A stretch of 37,020 bases of DNA from the IMG/VR virus record IMGVR_UViG_3300011337_000066, positions 1-37,020 of that record, one strand, 5' to 3'. This document shows positions 34,484-37,020 of this stretch, piece after piece (position 1 is the first letter of the stretch; each line of letters starts with the position of its first letter). The position numbers and the translations under genes are program-made. The DNA is from a virus. Taxonomy: Duplodnaviria; Caudoviricetes. The notes under the pieces were generated by a model. That model searched no databases, had not been told where the DNA came from, and saw only the letters and a list, made by a program, of their open reading frames with translations.

Positions 34484-35554
34484 ATGCCAAAAGTAAAAAT
34501 CAGCGAGTACAGCGCAACCGCTAACTCAAACACAGATGTAGCATCAATCAACATTGATGAGGGCTGCGCCCCGAGTGGCATCAATAACGCCATTCGTGCG
34601 GTGATGGGCCATCTGAAAGACTTTCAGCAAGGAACCTATGGAGACCCGTTTAATGGCCCCGTGAATGGTACTGTGGGTGCAACCACTCCGAGTACGGGTG
34701 CGTTTACTACGCTGAGTGCATCGTCTACTGTCACCCTGTCCGGCGGCACAGCCAATGGTGTAGCTTATCTCAATGGCTCCAAGGTGCTGACTACGGGTAG
34801 TGCGTTGGTGTTTGATGGTACGAATTTGGGTGTGGGGCAAGCAAGTCCTTCTTTTAAAATAGATGCCCAAGTTGCCGTTGGCGGGGCAATAGCAGTTAGA
34901 CCATCAACAGCAACAGGAAATGCTTTGCAAACAGCATTGCGTTTATATGGTTCAGTAGCAACAACATCATCTAGGTATGCTCAGATTGCCTGTTACAACG
35001 ATACTGCTGGTGAAGATGCAAACGCATTAACATTTAGTACGGGATTCGGCGCAACTATTTTTGAGCGCGGTCGTTTTTCTTCGGATGGTAACTTTATATA
35101 TACCCAATCCTCTTTGGCTTGTTATGTATGGACTGCTTTTAATCCAACAAATACATCTGGCACAACCACAAATGCACCTGCTACGGGTACAGGTTACGAT
35201 ACTGGGTTTGTGACAATGGTCAATTCATCTGGCACTCTTACCATTACTTTTGATATTGCTGGAAAATATCTTGTAAGCACGAATTTACAAACATCACACG
35301 CAAATACTTATTCAAACGAACGCTCAATATTTACTTTGGGTGGAACGGCGACAACAGCAACAGGAACACAAGACCCAACATTTTCGGGGATTGATTCTGT
35401 AGATGCAAATACAACTGCAACATATCCAATATATGTGTCTGCAACTGCGGCGCAAACAATGACAATATTGCCGACATACGAGTTAACTGGTAGTGGCACA
35501 ACGGCACAGCATACTTGTCGCCCATCTGTAACTATTCAATACTGCGGAGGATAA
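34484..35554 (+). CDS. Tail fibre protein of phage B
   Basis: Anchor N-terminus (ISEYS.T...NTD...INI.EGCAPSGINNAIR..M), LSGGTANGVAYLNGSKVLTTGSAL.FDGTNLGVG motif, shared C-terminal tip. Confidence 0.85.
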   Translation: MPKVKISEYSATANSNTDVASINIDEGCAPSGINNAIRAVMGHLKDFQQGTYGDPFNGPVNGTVGATTPSTGAFTTLSASSTVTLSGGTANGVAYLNGSKVLTTGSALVFDGTNLGVGQASPSFKIDAQVAVGGAIAVRPSTATGNALQTALRLYGSVATTSSRYAQIACYNDTAGEDANALTFSTGFGATIFERGRFSSDGNFIYTQSSLACYVWTAFNPTNTSGTTTNAPATGTGYDTGFVTMVNSSGTLTITFDIAGKYLVSTNLQTSHANTYSNERSIFTLGGTATTATGTQDPTFSGIDSVDANTTATYPIYVSATAAQTMTILPTYELTGSGTTAQHTCRPSVTIQYCGG

Positions 35555-35557
35555 ACA

Positions 35558-35788
35558 ATGTCATACGACTCAAACACACTTGCTCAATTTGAAATGCGTA
35601 AATTGCGCAATGTTTTTTTAAGAGCATCAGATTGGACTCAAATGGCTGATTCGCCTTTGACTTCCGAAAAGAAAACAGAGTGGTCGGCATATCGACAGTT
35701 ACTTCGTGATTTGCCAAACAACAGCACTCCAACACTTGATAAAGATAAAAATCTTGTTGGTGTAGTTTTTCCAACGCAACCGCAGTAA
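35558..35788 (+). CDS. Phage tail fibre assembly chaperone (copy 2)
   Basis: Identical protein to 3097..3327. Confidence 0.85.
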   Translation: MSYDSNTLAQFEMRKLRNVFLRASDWTQMADSPLTSEKKTEWSAYRQLLRDLPNNSTPTLDKDKNLVGVVFPTQPQ

Positions 35789-35849
35789 AGAACAGCAAGC
35801 CCTCATCACAACCCTAACCGCCCGTATCACTGCACTGGAGTCAGCATGA
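35787..35849 (+). pseudogene. Relic fibre 3' end (copy 2)
   Basis: Identical to 3326..3388. Confidence 0.7.
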
Positions 35850-36133
35850 TTACTTGGAACATCAGTCAACTTGACCGACAAACCTCTGATGGTTTTGTCA
35901 CCACTGCACATTGGCAAGCCATTGCAACAGATGGGGATTACTCTGCATCTGTTATCGGCACTTGTTCATGGAGTGATGGCACTGCAACCATTCCCTACGC
36001 CTCTTTGACAAAGGAAACTGTCTTAGGATGGATTTGGGCCAATGGTGTGGATAAGGCGGCTACTGAAGCTGCTTTGGCTGCTCAGATTGAGTTGCAAAAG
36101 AATCCTGTGACTGCCACTGGAGTGCCTTGGTGA
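35846..36133 (+). CDS. Small conserved tail-associated protein (copy 2, diverged)
   Basis: Homologue of 3385..3675 with multiple substitutions after codon 17. Confidence 0.75.
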   Translation: MITWNISQLDRQTSDGFVTTAHWQAIATDGDYSASVIGTCSWSDGTATIPYASLTKETVLGWIWANGVDKAATEAALAAQIELQKNPVTATGVPW

Positions 36134-36369
36134 TTCCTGAATTACAGAAATATTATGAAGATCGCTTCTCAATGATGGGAAGTGATGGGTGGAAAGACTT
36201 GGTGGAGGATATTGACACCATGATTGCATCCTTGAATAATATATCTGTGATTTCTGATGAACAAAGCCTACAATTCAAAAAAGGCGAACTTTCTATACTT
36301 ACTTGGCTGAAAACCTTGAAAGAGGTCAGCGAGAGAGCATACGAGGAACTCAATGAAAAGAATGTTTGA
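36130..36369 (+). CDS. Small conserved protein of the phage A portal-scaffold interval
   Basis: GTG start overlapping the upstream TGA; PELQKYYE.RF.M....GWKDL.ED...KG.L.IL.WL. Confidence 0.75.
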   Translation: MIPELQKYYEDRFSMMGSDGWKDLVEDIDTMIASLNNISVISDEQSLQFKKGELSILTWLKTLKEVSERAYEELNEKNV

Positions 36370-36586
36370 TTTTGCCTGTGCAAACGGGCATAAAACCGAA
36401 AGACTGACTGATTATGAGTCGATCAGTTTTAGGTGTGAATGTGGTGAAACAGCCAACCGCATTCTTTCTGCTCCAAACTTTAAACTAGAAGGGTGGTCTG
36501 GTTCTTTCCCATCAGAGCATGGAAGGTTCGAGAAAAAACACCTAGATCAGTTGAAGTGGGAGCAAAAGCACAACTCACAAGCATAA
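36353..36586 (+). CDS. FmdB-like zinc-ribbon protein
   Basis: FDF.C.NGH.TE...C.CG..A.RILSAP.F.L.G. Confidence 0.75.
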   Translation: MKRMFDFACANGHKTERLTDYESISFRCECGETANRILSAPNFKLEGWSGSFPSEHGRFEKKHLDQLKWEQKHNSQA

Positions 36587-36635
36587 ACGCCGAGTTGATT
36601 CTCCTATAACCGAAACGGCAGGAAAAAGGGATAAT

Positions 36636-37020
36636 ATGTTGATTGACCAAGAACCTGAGATGAAGAGTGAGTTAGAAGCTGAAGAATCCAAGCTATCTGA
36701 CACCATTGCGCCAGCAAGTCCTGGACTCCCTGATAAATACAGGGATAAAAGTCTAGAAGACATTGTTCGGATGCACCAAGAAGCTGAGAAGTTGATTGGC
36801 AAGCAAGCGCAAGAAGTGGGAGAGGTAAGGAAACTTGCTGATGAACTCATAAAGCAGAACCTCAGTTCAAAGCAACAGACTATTAAAGAGGAAGAGCCTG
36901 AAGTAGATTTCTTTGAGAATCCACAGAAGGCAGTTCAGAAGACTATTGATAATCATCCTGATGTTCTCGCAGCCCGTCAAGCGGGTGTGGATTTCAAAAG
37001 GATGCAGATTCAGCAGAAGC
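36636..37020 (+). CDS. Putative scaffolding protein of phage A (3'-truncated)
   Basis: MLIDQEPE...LPDKYRDKSLEDIVRMHQEAEKLIGKQAQEVGEVRKLADELIK...DFFENPQKAV; open to the window end. Confidence 0.7.
   Translation, partial: MLIDQEPEMKSELEAEESKLSDTIAPASPGLPDKYRDKSLEDIVRMHQEAEKLIGKQAQEVGEVRKLADELIKQNLSSKQQTIKEEEPEVDFFENPQKAVQKTIDNHPDVLAARQAGVDFKRMQIQQK

Larger units (their letters stand above)
2625..36130. mobile_element. Apparently complete phage B genome (32,461-bp unit) bounded by the direct repeats and nested in phage A
   Basis: Full set of modules between the repeats; a second portal and a second scaffold gene lie outside them. Confidence 0.85.
35086..36130 (+). repeat. Long direct repeat, copy 2
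   Basis: Matches 2625..3669; identical ORFs appear twice in the ORF track. Confidence 0.97.

Noticed and set aside
1-37020. Alternative genetic code / stop-codon reassignment
   Set aside because: Genes are full length and tightly packed under the standard code, and TAA, TGA and TAG all act as stops.

Overview
The whole window is tailed-phage DNA and contains parts of two different podovirus-like genomes. An apparently complete 32,461-bp phage (phage B) has lysis, recombination, replication/nin, packaging, head and tail modules but no recognisable integrase or repressor. It lies inside the head-gene region of a second phage (phage A): A's portal is at the left end, and its pre-scaffold genes and scaffold are at the right end. 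The junctions are two copies of a ~1.05-kb direct repeat (2625-3669 and 35086-36130) carrying a tail-fibre tip, a fibre chaperone and a small tail gene, so this is either a real phage-phage cointegrate or an assembly chimera. Other notable points are three cassette insertions that each leave a relic gene end: the fibre tip, an HNH-AP2 endonuclease that supplies a new signal peptide to the lipoprotein gene it split, and a TGT-like plus VUT/YhhQ pair at the end of ninB. There are also two structured non-coding regions (11501-11655 and 15215-15438) and a fully embedded Rz/Rz1 spanin pair, which points to a Gram-negative host. All calls come from reading motifs and synteny by eye; no database searches were run.
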